IMG/VR virus record: IMGVR_UViG_3300002144_000072
Span: 33,112-97,111 of that record
Direction: 5' to 3' (one strand)
DNA: 64,000 nt
Source: a virus
The position numbers and the translations under genes are program-made. Below, piece by piece: positions 1 to 8,841 of the stretch (the first letter of the stretch is position 1; each line of letters opens with the position of its first letter). The notes beneath the pieces are model-generated. The model ran no database searches. It saw nothing but the letters and a program-made list of their open reading frames with translations, and was not told where the DNA came from.

Positions 1-153
1 TCACAGAACTATGGTGCGTATCTGGCAAGTAAACGACCACGTCGCCCTTACCAAGGCAACAAGCCAAGGTTTGATAACAACAAGCCAAGGTTTGATAACA
101 ACAAGCCAAGGTTTGATAACAACAGTCCACGCTTTGAACGAGGTACTCGATAA
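1..153 (+). CDS. 3' end of a hypothetical protein (partial) with a 3x NKPRFDN repeat
   Basis: Frame 1 is open from base 1 (SQNYGAYLASKRPRRPYQG-NKPRFDN x3-NSPRFERGTR) to TAA at 151-153, abutting the next ATG. Confidence 0.7.
   Translation, partial: SQNYGAYLASKRPRRPYQGNKPRFDNNKPRFDNNKPRFDNNSPRFERGTR
58..120 (+). repeat. Perfect 21-bp tandem repeat x3 (AACAAGCCAAGGTTTGATAAC), in-frame coding
   Basis: Three identical adjacent copies with no spacers. Confidence 0.95.
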
Positions 154-1224
154 ATGGCAAGAGTTTTCCTTATTGACCTAGAAGCAGTTGAAACTCGCTA
201 TACGGGCCAGTGGAAAACTCACTTGCCTTTACTTCTTGAAAGGAACAAACACGATGTTCATGTTATATCAGGGCCTACGGATATCCCTAGTGCGACTACG
301 CCTGGGGCTTTCCTTAACTTTGGCGGCACTAATATATATAAGGCTAGCCAAGTTGAGCAGATGGGTCGGCTTTTTTGCAACGGAGCCGTTCGCCCCGGCG
401 ATCATTTTATTTTTACTGATGCTTGGCACCCGGGTATTATCAACTTAAAGTACATGAGTGAATTGCTGGGCATTCCAGTAGTCACACACGGCTTATGGCA
501 TGCTGGTAGTTATGATCCACAAGACTTCTTAGGACGTCTTGTTGGAGATAAGCCTTGGGTTAGACATGCTGAGAAGAGTTTCTTTTACGCATTTGACCAC
601 AACTACTTTGCCACAGACTTTCACATTGAAATGTTTTGCGAAGAACTTTTAGGCTGTATTGTTGGCTTACGTGAGAATCACGCCAATAACAAAATTGTAC
701 GCACAGGTTGGCCTATGGAGTATATGCAGAATACACTAGCAATGTATAAGAACATGCCCAAGCGTGATCTTATTTTGTTTCCGCATCGTATTGCTCCAGA
801 GAAGCAGGTTGAAATCTTCCGTGACTTAAAAGAACACTTGCCGCAGTATGAGTTTGTTGTGTGCCAGGATCAACAGCTAACAAAGAATGAATATCATAAT
901 TTGTTAGGTGAAGCTAAACTTGTGTTCAGTGCTAACCTACAAGAAACACTGGGTATTAGTTGGTATGAAGGTGCAATAGTTGATGCTATTCCTATGGTGC
1001 CAGATAGACTAAGCTACAGCGAAATGGCGTTTGAGGCGTTTAAGTACCCTAGCGAATGGGCCGAATCGTTTGAGTCTTATATAAAGTATCGTCCGTTGGT
1101 AATCGAAAAGATCATCGACTATATGGAAAATTATAAAGATTACTTACCTCGCCTAAATAAACAAGTAAAGTTATTAACAGAAGATTATTTTAGTTGCAAT
1201 CAGCTGTTAAAGATGTTAAACTAA
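154..1224 (+). CDS. GT-B fold glycosyltransferase-like protein, possibly DNA-modifying
   Basis: C-terminal FPHRIAPEKQ...SANLQETLGISWYEG...PMVP resembles the GT4 nucleotide-sugar binding region; lies next to folE/queE. Confidence 0.6.
   Translation: MARVFLIDLEAVETRYTGQWKTHLPLLLERNKHDVHVISGPTDIPSATTPGAFLNFGGTNIYKASQVEQMGRLFCNGAVRPGDHFIFTDAWHPGIINLKYMSELLGIPVVTHGLWHAGSYDPQDFLGRLVGDKPWVRHAEKSFFYAFDHNYFATDFHIEMFCEELLGCIVGLRENHANNKIVRTGWPMEYMQNTLAMYKNMPKRDLILFPHRIAPEKQVEIFRDLKEHLPQYEFVVCQDQQLTKNEYHNLLGEAKLVFSANLQETLGISWYEGAIVDAIPMVPDRLSYSEMAFEAFKYPSEWAESFESYIKYRPLVIEKIIDYMENYKDYLPRLNKQVKLLTEDYFSCNQLLKMLN
1194..1222 (+). promoter_or_regulatory. Putative sigma70 promoter (TTGCAA-17-TAAACT, extended TG)
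   Basis: -35 at 1194-1199, TG at 1214-1215, -10 at 1217-1222, upstream of the 1263/folE genes. Confidence 0.45.
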
Positions 1225-1262
1225 TTATAACAGGTCATCCTCGACCTTAACTCGGAGAAAAA

Positions 1263-1655
1263 ATGCAATTAGTCAAAATACTAGAAGACCTTACTTCTAA
1301 TCAAGACGAATACAATGAGCTGTATAATACCGATCATTTATTTGTTATCAAAGGAAAAGACCTCGACGATCACGGTCTAATTGATGTCATCAACGACATC
1401 GATCATCACGAGTGGTTTAGAAAACTGCGAGGTATGGGATTCGGTCCTGCAAAACTACACAACATCCATAACAATAAAGACTGGGTACACGGATACATTA
1501 TTGCTGTATCTAATCAAAATCTAACCAACTTTGAAAAGTTAGCTGTATTAGTTGGAATGAAACACGGGTATACATTTTCAAAAATAGACATCTTTCAATC
1601 TAAGAAAGAAAAAGTAGACACTCACTTTGATTCGCTATTTGAGGTAATTCAATGA
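1263..1655 (+). CDS. Hypothetical protein
   Basis: 130-aa ORF with a GGAG RBS; ATGA overlap with folE. Confidence 0.75.
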   Translation: MQLVKILEDLTSNQDEYNELYNTDHLFVIKGKDLDDHGLIDVINDIDHHEWFRKLRGMGFGPAKLHNIHNNKDWVHGYIIAVSNQNLTNFEKLAVLVGMKHGYTFSKIDIFQSKKEKVDTHFDSLFEVIQ

Positions 1656-2398
1656 CAGATAAAAAAGAAACAGGACTAGACGCTATGGCAGGTGATGGTG
1701 GCTATAGTGAAGGATATCTAGGCGATAACATTCGTGCTAGAATGAAACGTGATAAAAAGCGTTTCTGGGCAGGCGACAACATCAGCGAGTATGTACATTT
1801 TACAGATTTTGATAGACTTGTTGACGAAGCTACCGTCGCCTTTGAAGGCGTACTTGATGCACTGTTAATCGATCGTGAGAATGATCCTAACTCGCAAGGT
1901 ACTGCACGTAGACTTGCCAAGATGTACTTTAACGAAATTATGGCAGGGCGTTATGAATCTGCACCAGACGCAACAGCGTTTCCAAATGACACCGAGGACA
2001 GATATGAAGGCATGTTGGTTGTACGTAGTGAGTTGCGTAGTATGTGTAGTCATCACCATCAGCCTGTCGCTGGGGTTGCCTACATTGGAATTATTGCTGC
2101 TCAAAAGTTAATTGGTCTTAGCAAATATACTCGCATTGCACAGTGGTGTGCTAGACGAGGTACACTACAAGAAGAACTCTGCAACGACATTGCTCGTGAG
2201 ATCAGTAAGGCAACTGATAGTGAAAATGTAGCAGTTTACATTCAAGCAGTACACGGATGTTGTGAGAATCGTGGAATTATGGCGCATAGTAGTCTAACAC
2301 AAACTACAGTATTGAAAGGTGCGTTCAATACAGATCAAAGCACAAAGAAAGAGTTCTTTGACAACATTAAACTACAACAGGAGTTTGCCTCAAGATGA
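1652..2398 (+). CDS. folE: GTP cyclohydrolase I
   Basis: SMCSHHHQP, IGLSKYTRIAQWCARR, LQEEL and HGCCENRG motifs. Confidence 0.96.
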   Translation: MTDKKETGLDAMAGDGGYSEGYLGDNIRARMKRDKKRFWAGDNISEYVHFTDFDRLVDEATVAFEGVLDALLIDRENDPNSQGTARRLAKMYFNEIMAGRYESAPDATAFPNDTEDRYEGMLVVRSELRSMCSHHHQPVAGVAYIGIIAAQKLIGLSKYTRIAQWCARRGTLQEELCNDIAREISKATDSENVAVYIQAVHGCCENRGIMAHSSLTQTTVLKGAFNTDQSTKKEFFDNIKLQQEFASR

Positions 2399-2820
2399 GT
2401 ACTTGGTTTGCGCCGCTTAAAGATAATCTAATGGTACAACAGCAGATCGACGGCGCATGGCAACACATGGTTGGTGTGATTATGTTAAATCAAACAGGAA
2501 GGAAGGCAGTGAAACTAACACTGCCCGAATTCTTATATTGGTTTCCTATGCCACAAAATCTGCTAGATGCTGACGAAGAGTTTGTTAAGAGTATTATCGC
2601 CCCGTTAGGAATGGTGAATGTTCGCTATACTCGTTTGTTTAGAATGACCCAAGACTTCTTGACATGGGACAGAAATGATGCTACAATATTGTATGGCATT
2701 GGAAAGTATGGTTCTGATAGTTATGAAATCTTTTTTAAGAACAACTATAATGTAGAACCTACTGACAAAGAACTAAAACGTTATTTAGAAGAAGAGGTGT
2801 ATTATATCTATGCTGCTTAA
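2395..2820 (+). CDS. HhH-GPD DNA glycosylase, MBD4-like catalytic domain
   Basis: LYGIGKYGSDSYEIF closely matches the MBD4 HhH motif; also IMLNQT and PLG motifs. Confidence 0.8.
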   Translation: MSTWFAPLKDNLMVQQQIDGAWQHMVGVIMLNQTGRKAVKLTLPEFLYWFPMPQNLLDADEEFVKSIIAPLGMVNVRYTRLFRMTQDFLTWDRNDATILYGIGKYGSDSYEIFFKNNYNVEPTDKELKRYLEEEVYYIYAA

Positions 2821-3274
2821 ACTTTTAGAAAGAGTCGGTCGAAAGCGTATCATCTACGACCGTGTGCATAATGAACCTTACTTAGAACGCTACTACCTCT
2901 TTCTTAAAGAGCGTAAGAGTTTTCCTTTTAACGTATTCTTACACAAGTTCTTAAAAGGTGATCCGGACGATGTTCACGATCATCCTTGGCCTTATGCTAC
3001 ACTAATATTACGTGGGGGCTACTGGGAATACACTCCAGTGTTTACAGACGATGGCACAATGGTCGGGGAAGAAAAACACTGGCGTGGCCCTGGACATTTT
3101 AGAACGTGCCAACCAAACAGCTATCATAGAATTGAATTAGAACCAGGTATCACTGCTTGGACACTGTTCATGCCTGGTCCTCACAAACGTGAGTGGGGAT
3201 TTTTAGTTAAGGATAAATGGGTACACAATGAACAGTATCTAGAAGGAAGAAGAATACATGGCAATGAATCATGA
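2810..3274 (+). CDS. Cupin-fold protein
   Basis: HDHPW...GGYWE...HRIEL...WTLF cupin metal-binding pattern. Confidence 0.7.
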   Translation: MLLKLLERVGRKRIIYDRVHNEPYLERYYLFLKERKSFPFNVFLHKFLKGDPDDVHDHPWPYATLILRGGYWEYTPVFTDDGTMVGEEKHWRGPGHFRTCQPNSYHRIELEPGITAWTLFMPGPHKREWGFLVKDKWVHNEQYLEGRRIHGNES

Positions 3275-3446
3275 TGCAAAATCTAAAGACGCAGAAACAG
3301 AACGACTGATGGCTGAATTTTTAGCCAAGGGCGGTGCGGTCACTAAAGGCAAAACTAAGCCCATGGCAAATGAATTAGGCATTAGCAACTACACTTGGAA
3401 TAATAAACTTACTAAAGCGGAGAAATCCGCAAAGGATGGAAAATGA
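3258..3446 (+). CDS. Hypothetical protein
   Basis: Short ORF translationally coupled to its neighbours; EFLAKGG motif. Confidence 0.65.
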   Translation: MAMNHDAKSKDAETERLMAEFLAKGGAVTKGKTKPMANELGISNYTWNNKLTKAEKSAKDGK

Positions 3447-4000
3447 TTAAAAAACATTATTACAGCTGGCAAGACGTAGAAACAATGTGTACTGATATAT
3501 CGTTGCAGATGTATCAAGACAACTGGCGTCCTAATTATATTGTAGGTATTACTCGTGGTGGTAATGTTCCTGCTACTATTCTCAGCAATATGCTCGGCGT
3601 TCGATGCGAAGCACTTAAAGTTAGCCTACGTGACGACGAACAAGGGCCAGAAAGCAATTTATGGATGGCCGAAGATGCATTTGGATATAACGATCCTCCC
3701 AAGAATGGCATCACAGGATCACGTTGGGATATTTCGCTGCGTAAGAATATTCTTATTGTAGATGATATTAACGATAGCGGTGCTACATTTAACTGGATTA
3801 AAGAAGATTGGCAGGGTAGTTGTTTGCCCGACGAAGCAGCTTGGAACACTGTTTGGGGCAACAATGTTCGGTTTGCAGTATTAACTGAAAACGGATCTAG
3901 TTCTTTTGATGATGTTTCGTACTATTCACACGCTGTAAACAAGTTAGAAGAAGATACTTGGTTAGTTTACCCGTGGGAGAAGGTAGGTCAATATGATTGA
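3443..4000 (+). CDS. Type I phosphoribosyltransferase (purine PRT-like)
   Basis: IVGITRGG, PRPP-binding loop ILIVDDINDSGAT, C-terminal WLVYPWE. Confidence 0.9.
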   Translation: MIKKHYYSWQDVETMCTDISLQMYQDNWRPNYIVGITRGGNVPATILSNMLGVRCEALKVSLRDDEQGPESNLWMAEDAFGYNDPPKNGITGSRWDISLRKNILIVDDINDSGATFNWIKEDWQGSCLPDEAAWNTVWGNNVRFAVLTENGSSSFDDVSYYSHAVNKLEEDTWLVYPWEKVGQYD

Positions 4001-4226
4001 TACACGCATTGATGTGTACTGCACAGATAAAAATAAAAATGTTGACGGATATATTATAAATGTCAATAGGGGAAAGTTTCTAGAAATTGCCATTAACACT
4101 GTGAAAGTTAAGATGGCATTTGAAGCTAAACATGCTCACTATGTAGGCAATATGGCTGGCTACGAGTTTATCGTAAAGGACCGTGACTTGCCAGACGAAC
4201 AACGAGAATATGCGAGAAAGCGATGA
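3993..4226 (+). CDS. Hypothetical protein
   Basis: Coupled ORF in the operon. Confidence 0.7.
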   Translation: MIDTRIDVYCTDKNKNVDGYIINVNRGKFLEIAINTVKVKMAFEAKHAHYVGNMAGYEFIVKDRDLPDEQREYARKR

Positions 4227-4612
4227 AAAAAGTTATTTTTTCAGAAGTAATGGACAAGGAAGATAGCAACGGTGCTCCTTGGACAGAATTAGAGTACGAC
4301 GACTTTCATGTTGCTGTGTACAAAGACAGCTATCCGGTCACAGAAGGTCACAGACTGTTTGTACCTAAGTATAATAATGTTGATGTTCTAAAAGATGCGT
4401 TTAACGATGCAGTTGATCGAGGTCTTAAAGGAATGTTAGACGGAGAGTGGGACGGCTTTAATATCGGTCTCAACGTTGGCGAAGTTGCAGGACAAACTTG
4501 CTCTTGGCCACATGTTCACTTAATTCCAAGAAGGAAAGGTGACATGGAAGACCCTCGTGGCGGGGTACGTCACGTTATACCAGAAAGAGGAAATTATAAA
4601 TTATGGAAATGA
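4223..4612 (+). CDS. HIT family nucleotide hydrolase
   Basis: YPVTEGH, GFNIGLNVGEVAGQT, HVHLIPRR. Confidence 0.9.
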   Translation: MKKVIFSEVMDKEDSNGAPWTELEYDDFHVAVYKDSYPVTEGHRLFVPKYNNVDVLKDAFNDAVDRGLKGMLDGEWDGFNIGLNVGEVAGQTCSWPHVHLIPRRKGDMEDPRGGVRHVIPERGNYKLWK

Positions 4613-4812
4613 GAGAAACTCTATTACAAGCTGTGCGTAATCATGCGTGGGGTCTTATTGAAAAACATCGTGCTAACGTAGAAGTATATCTTGCTAATCC
4701 CGTTGGTATTGGCGAGCATTCTGATATTATTGAAGCCATCGAACACGAGCTTAAAGCTATAGCCGATTATCACGATCAGATCGAAGTACTTGATAAATTT
4801 TTTAAAGACTAA
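4603..4812 (+). CDS. Conserved phage hypothetical protein
   Basis: NVEVYLANPVGIGEHSDI motif. Confidence 0.7.
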   Translation: MEMRETLLQAVRNHAWGLIEKHRANVEVYLANPVGIGEHSDIIEAIEHELKAIADYHDQIEVLDKFFKD

Positions 4813-5004
4813 ATGAATACAGTACATATTCGCTGGACTTCTAGTATAAACTGGAACGAATTGTGTATTAGGGTATTAGAACATTACGGACTTCCAGGCG
4901 GCAAGTATACTACTAAACTAGATACTAATTGGATGGAATTTATTTTTAAAGATGAAAAGGATGCTTTTTTATGCAAGATAATGCTCAGCGAACATGGACA
5001 ATAA
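4813..5004 (+). CDS. Hypothetical protein
   Basis: ORF abutting its neighbours. Confidence 0.65.
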   Translation: MNTVHIRWTSSINWNELCIRVLEHYGLPGGKYTTKLDTNWMEFIFKDEKDAFLCKIMLSEHGQ

Positions 5005-5171
5005 AACTCGAGGAAGATCCAGATACCGGTGATTTGGTTCTTCCATTTCCTCCAGACCTGCTAGCACAAGTAGGTTGGGATTTTGGAGATACCCTAATTT
5101 GGGATGAAGGTAAAGACGGCACATTTATATTGTCAAAAAAGGTTGACAACGATTCAGAAAAGAGTGTATAA
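4971..5171 (+). CDS. AbrB/MazE-like small DNA-binding protein
   Basis: DLVLPFPPDLLAQVGWDFGDTLIW swapped-hairpin pattern. Confidence 0.65.
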   Translation: MQDNAQRTWTIKLEEDPDTGDLVLPFPPDLLAQVGWDFGDTLIWDEGKDGTFILSKKVDNDSEKSV

Positions 5172-5172
5172 T
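5143..5172 (+). promoter_or_regulatory. Consensus sigma70 promoter TTGACA-18-TATAAT before queE
   Basis: TTGACA 5143-5148, TATAAT 5167-5172, ATG at 5179. Confidence 0.8.
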
Positions 5173-5178
5173 AATAAC

Positions 5179-6024
5179 ATGAGCAAATTAAAAATAGCAG
5201 AGCTGTTCTACAGCATTCAAGGTGAAGGACGCTACATGGGCGTTCCTTCTGTTTTCCTACGTGTCTTCGGATGCAATTTTAAATGTGCTGGATTCGGCAT
5301 GCCTCGAGGAGAACTTTCAAACGAACTTGAGGCAATAGTATCTCGTGTTGCAGACTTTAAAGATTATAAAGAACTGCCACTAGTAAGTACAGGATGTGAC
5401 AGCTATGCTAGTTGGGATCCTCGTTTTAAACATTTAAGTCCAATGCTTACTAGTGAAGCTATTGTAGATCGTATTATGGAAATTCTTCCGCAAGATCACT
5501 GGAAGGACGAGCACCTGGTTATTACAGGCGGTGAGCCTTTACTAGGATGGCAACGTGCTTATCCAGATTTACTAAACAATCCTAAGATGCGTGACTTGAA
5601 AGAGATTACATTTGAAACAAATGGTACTCAGAAACTTACTCCGGAATTTAAAGGCTGGTTAGCTAAGTGGAACAGTACAGTTGGACATGAAGTCACATTT
5701 AGTGTAAGTGCTAAACTTCCATGTAGTGGCGAGAAGTGGGAAGAAGCGATCCTTCCAGAAGTTGTTTGTGAGTACGAAGAAGTAGGTACAGCATACTTGA
5801 AGTTTGTTATTGCTACAGAACAAGACTTTGCTGATGCAGAACGTGCTGTTGAGGAATATCGTGCAGCAGGATTTAAAGGACACGTTTACTTAATGCCAGT
5901 GGGTGGTGTAGAAAGCGTCTATGCATTAAACAATAAGAATGTAGCATTGTTAGCAATGAAGCATGGTTTGCGATATAGTGATAGATTGCAGGTACCCTTA
6001 TTTAAAAACGAATGGGGTACTTAA
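5179..6024 (+). CDS. queE: 7-carboxy-7-deazaguanine synthase (radical SAM); start revised to 5179
   Basis: ELFYSIQGEG..G.PSVFLR..GCN, VITGGEPLL, ETNGT, RLQV motifs; linked to folE. Confidence 0.88.
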   Translation: MSKLKIAELFYSIQGEGRYMGVPSVFLRVFGCNFKCAGFGMPRGELSNELEAIVSRVADFKDYKELPLVSTGCDSYASWDPRFKHLSPMLTSEAIVDRIMEILPQDHWKDEHLVITGGEPLLGWQRAYPDLLNNPKMRDLKEITFETNGTQKLTPEFKGWLAKWNSTVGHEVTFSVSAKLPCSGEKWEEAILPEVVCEYEEVGTAYLKFVIATEQDFADAERAVEEYRAAGFKGHVYLMPVGGVESVYALNNKNVALLAMKHGLRYSDRLQVPLFKNEWGT

Positions 6025-6656
6025 TGAACGAAGATATTATAATACATAACGAAAACGAATATTGGAAGGCAGTTTATAAAAAACAAATAAAATTTGTATC
6101 TAAAAAAGATCCTACAGTAATACCATGGGAAATAAAAACATTTGATCCCAATTTAAAAGAAATTTTAGATTATTATAAATTAGATACGGGAAAACTTCTA
6201 GAATTAGGATGCGGGCGAGGAGACGATTGTAAATATCTTGCTGATAGAGGGTTCGATGTTACAGGCATAGATGTTTCTCCCGATGTGATACAGATTGCTA
6301 AAAATAATTCAACTAATGTTAAATTTATAGAAGGTGATATTTTTACAGAAGTATTTAATACACAATTTGATATTATATTTGACAGAGGTTTCTTACATAA
6401 CTACGAAAATCAATTGTTTGAAATATTTGAAATATGTAGCAATGTAATAAAACAAGGCGGAAAGTTCATTATTATTTCAGGTAATGCTAATCAACCGCCG
6501 ATCGATAGCTGTACACCGCCTCCAATAAATATAGGTCAAATAGAATATCATTCGTTTCCATGGTTTAAAATACTCTACGCTAAAGAAATAACATTTTACA
6601 CAGATGAAAATTATTTGAATTGCCTAGGTTATATATTTGTATTAGAAAAAAAATAA
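6024..6656 (+). CDS. Class I SAM-dependent methyltransferase
   Basis: LLELGCGRG, GIDVS, FDIIFDRG; ATG overlaps the queE stop; AT-rich. Confidence 0.85.
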   Translation: MNEDIIIHNENEYWKAVYKKQIKFVSKKDPTVIPWEIKTFDPNLKEILDYYKLDTGKLLELGCGRGDDCKYLADRGFDVTGIDVSPDVIQIAKNNSTNVKFIEGDIFTEVFNTQFDIIFDRGFLHNYENQLFEIFEICSNVIKQGGKFIIISGNANQPPIDSCTPPPINIGQIEYHSFPWFKILYAKEITFYTDENYLNCLGYIFVLEKK

Positions 6657-6665
6657 GGAAACTTA

Positions 6666-7106
6666 ATGCGTAAGTGGATTGAAAAATTATTTGGTATTGA
6701 TAAAGTTCGAGCAGAAGTAGAACGTTCAATAGTAATAGCGGCTGAAGCGACTGAAAGAGCAAAACTATCAACAGCGGAGGCGGATCGTGCTAAGGAAGCA
6801 GAAGAACTAGCAAAGCTAGATCCAAAAGCTCGTGCTACACGTAAAAAAGAAGCGTGGGTTGGTGTTGTTAATACTCACGTAAACAAAGAAAATGTTAGAA
6901 ACGGCTTCTTTGAACTTGACTGGAACCCACAGTTTGTGCTACAATTAAGGCAAGAAGGATACGGCGAAGAAGGCGATCTAGAGGAAGAAATTGTAGATCG
7001 TTGGTTCCGTGAACTCTGTGCTAACGTAGTTGTTGACGGCGACTTTGGTGGTCCGATTAAGACTGGTTCACTTGACATTAACGAAATTAAAAAGAAGAAC
7101 ACATGA
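6666..7106 (+). CDS. Conserved phage hypothetical protein
   Basis: 146-aa ORF with an RBS; GFFELDWN motif. Confidence 0.75.
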   Translation: MRKWIEKLFGIDKVRAEVERSIVIAAEATERAKLSTAEADRAKEAEELAKLDPKARATRKKEAWVGVVNTHVNKENVRNGFFELDWNPQFVLQLRQEGYGEEGDLEEEIVDRWFRELCANVVVDGDFGGPIKTGSLDINEIKKKNT

Positions 7107-8089
7107 CATATATTTTAGTTGATACGGCAAATACATTCTTCCGTGCAAGGCACGTTATTAACGGCGATGCTGATATCAAACTAGGCATGGCTTTTCATAT
7201 TACACTCAACAGTGTAAAGAAGGCTTGGCAAGACTTTAACGGCAGTCACGTTATCTTCTGTTTAGAAGGGCGTAGCTGGCGCAAAGATTACTATGCTCCT
7301 TACAAAGCTCAACGTGCAGCCGCCCGTGCTGCGCATACAGAAAAAGAAGCAGACGAAGAAAAAATCTTCTGGGAAGCATTTGACACGTTTAAAGACTTTA
7401 TTGCAGATAAAACAAACTGTACAGTTTTGCAAAATTCTCGCTTAGAAGCAGACGACTTAATTGCTGGCTGGATTCAGAGTCATCCTAATGACGATCATGT
7501 TATTATCAGCACAGACACAGATTTCGTACAGCTAATTGCACCTAATGTGAAACAGTACAACGGTGTAATGGAAACTACTATTACACACGAAGGTATCTTT
7601 GATGCAAAAGGTAAACGTGTGATCGATAAGAAAACACAAGAGCCTAAAGCAATCCCAAATCCAGAATGGCTGTTGTTTGAAAAATGTATGCGTGGCGACA
7701 CGAGCGATAATGTGTTTAGTGCATATCCCGGTGTTCGCACTAAAGGCACTAGCAAGAAAGTTGGCCTTACTGAAGCATTTGAAGATCGTAATACTAAAGG
7801 CTTCAACTGGAATAACTTAATGTTGCAACGGTGGACTGATCATAACGGGCTTGAACATCGAGTATTAGAAGATTACGAACGTAATCGTCGTTTGATTGAT
7901 CTTGCACATCAGCCCGAGGACGTTAAACAAATCATGTTTGAAACAATTGCACATGCTACTGGCGCTAATAAAAATATTAGTCAGGTTGGTATTAGACTTA
8001 TTAAATTCTGTAATCTATACGATCTTAAAAAGATTTCGGATCAAGCACAGGCTTATGCAGAACCACTTAATGCGAGGTACACACAATGA
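7103..8089 (+). CDS. rnh: T4 RNase H-like 5'-3' exonuclease
   Basis: ILVD..N, SWRKDYY..YK, LEADDLIA, ISTDTDFVQL, GDTSDNV motifs. Confidence 0.9.
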   Translation: MTYILVDTANTFFRARHVINGDADIKLGMAFHITLNSVKKAWQDFNGSHVIFCLEGRSWRKDYYAPYKAQRAAARAAHTEKEADEEKIFWEAFDTFKDFIADKTNCTVLQNSRLEADDLIAGWIQSHPNDDHVIISTDTDFVQLIAPNVKQYNGVMETTITHEGIFDAKGKRVIDKKTQEPKAIPNPEWLLFEKCMRGDTSDNVFSAYPGVRTKGTSKKVGLTEAFEDRNTKGFNWNNLMLQRWTDHNGLEHRVLEDYERNRRLIDLAHQPEDVKQIMFETIAHATGANKNISQVGIRLIKFCNLYDLKKISDQAQAYAEPLNARYTQ

Positions 8090-8562
8090 CAGACTTTTTA
8101 GCTAAACCAATTATTGCAGATAAATTCTGGATTATTGAACAAGACGGAATTAAAATTGCTACACTAAGAAAGAACGAAGATAATCGTTTTGTAATGAGCA
8201 ATGAAGATGGTGTTAAAATTTACGATACTAAAGAAAGCCTAACTCGAGAGTTTGGTAAAACATTTTTCACTGTTAAGATTGTTAAAGAAGCAAATACTGC
8301 ACTACCTAACGAAGTTCACGGTTATCCTACAAGTACCGAACCGCATAACGCTATGTTTGATATTCGCAAGAAGCTTCCACTGTTTACAAAGAGCAGTGAT
8401 TCAAAAAGTTTATACTGCGCTGGATATTATACAATTAAGTTTGATAAAGGTTGGGTAAAGAGTTTTTGTCCTAAAAAGATTACACTCGAACGATATCCGT
8501 TTAAAGGCCCTTTTAAAACTGACATTGAGATGAAACAGGTACTAGCAAATGTCTCAAAATAA
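8086..8562 (+). CDS. Hypothetical protein
   Basis: 158-aa coupled ORF. Confidence 0.75.
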   Translation: MTDFLAKPIIADKFWIIEQDGIKIATLRKNEDNRFVMSNEDGVKIYDTKESLTREFGKTFFTVKIVKEANTALPNEVHGYPTSTEPHNAMFDIRKKLPLFTKSSDSKSLYCAGYYTIKFDKGWVKSFCPKKITLERYPFKGPFKTDIEMKQVLANVSK

Positions 8563-8797
8563 TTTGCCTGCTACATTACCTACAGTTGAAAAACTAATTC
8601 AACGTATTTCTATTGCCGACAGAAGTCAACAGAAAGAAATACGCATTACTATACAAGAAGCTAGAGATCTAACTGCTGAACTAGCTATCTTAACTGCTAG
8701 ACTAGGCCGTACTGTAGGTGAAATACATCAATACCTAGCAGAGATTAAAGAATCTACTACCAATATCGACGTTAAATTCGACGGCGGGAACTTCTAA
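8549..8797 (+). CDS. Hypothetical protein
   Basis: 82-aa ORF. Confidence 0.7.
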   Translation: MSQNNLPATLPTVEKLIQRISIADRSQQKEIRITIQEARDLTAELAILTARLGRTVGEIHQYLAEIKESTTNIDVKFDGGNF

Positions 8798-8801
8798 ATC
8801 A

Positions 8802-8841
8802 TATAAATATATACGTGGTTAATTAGGAAACACGTATATAT
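8802..8841 (+). promoter_or_regulatory. T4-type late promoter TATAAATA overlapping an 11-bp start-occluding hairpin
   Basis: TATAAATA 8802-8809; ATATATACGTG 8807-8817 pairs with CACGTATATAT 8831-8841. Confidence 0.75.

Noticed and set aside
58-120. Possible CRISPR array
   Set aside because: The repeats are directly adjacent with no spacers, they are in-frame coding, and no cas genes are present.
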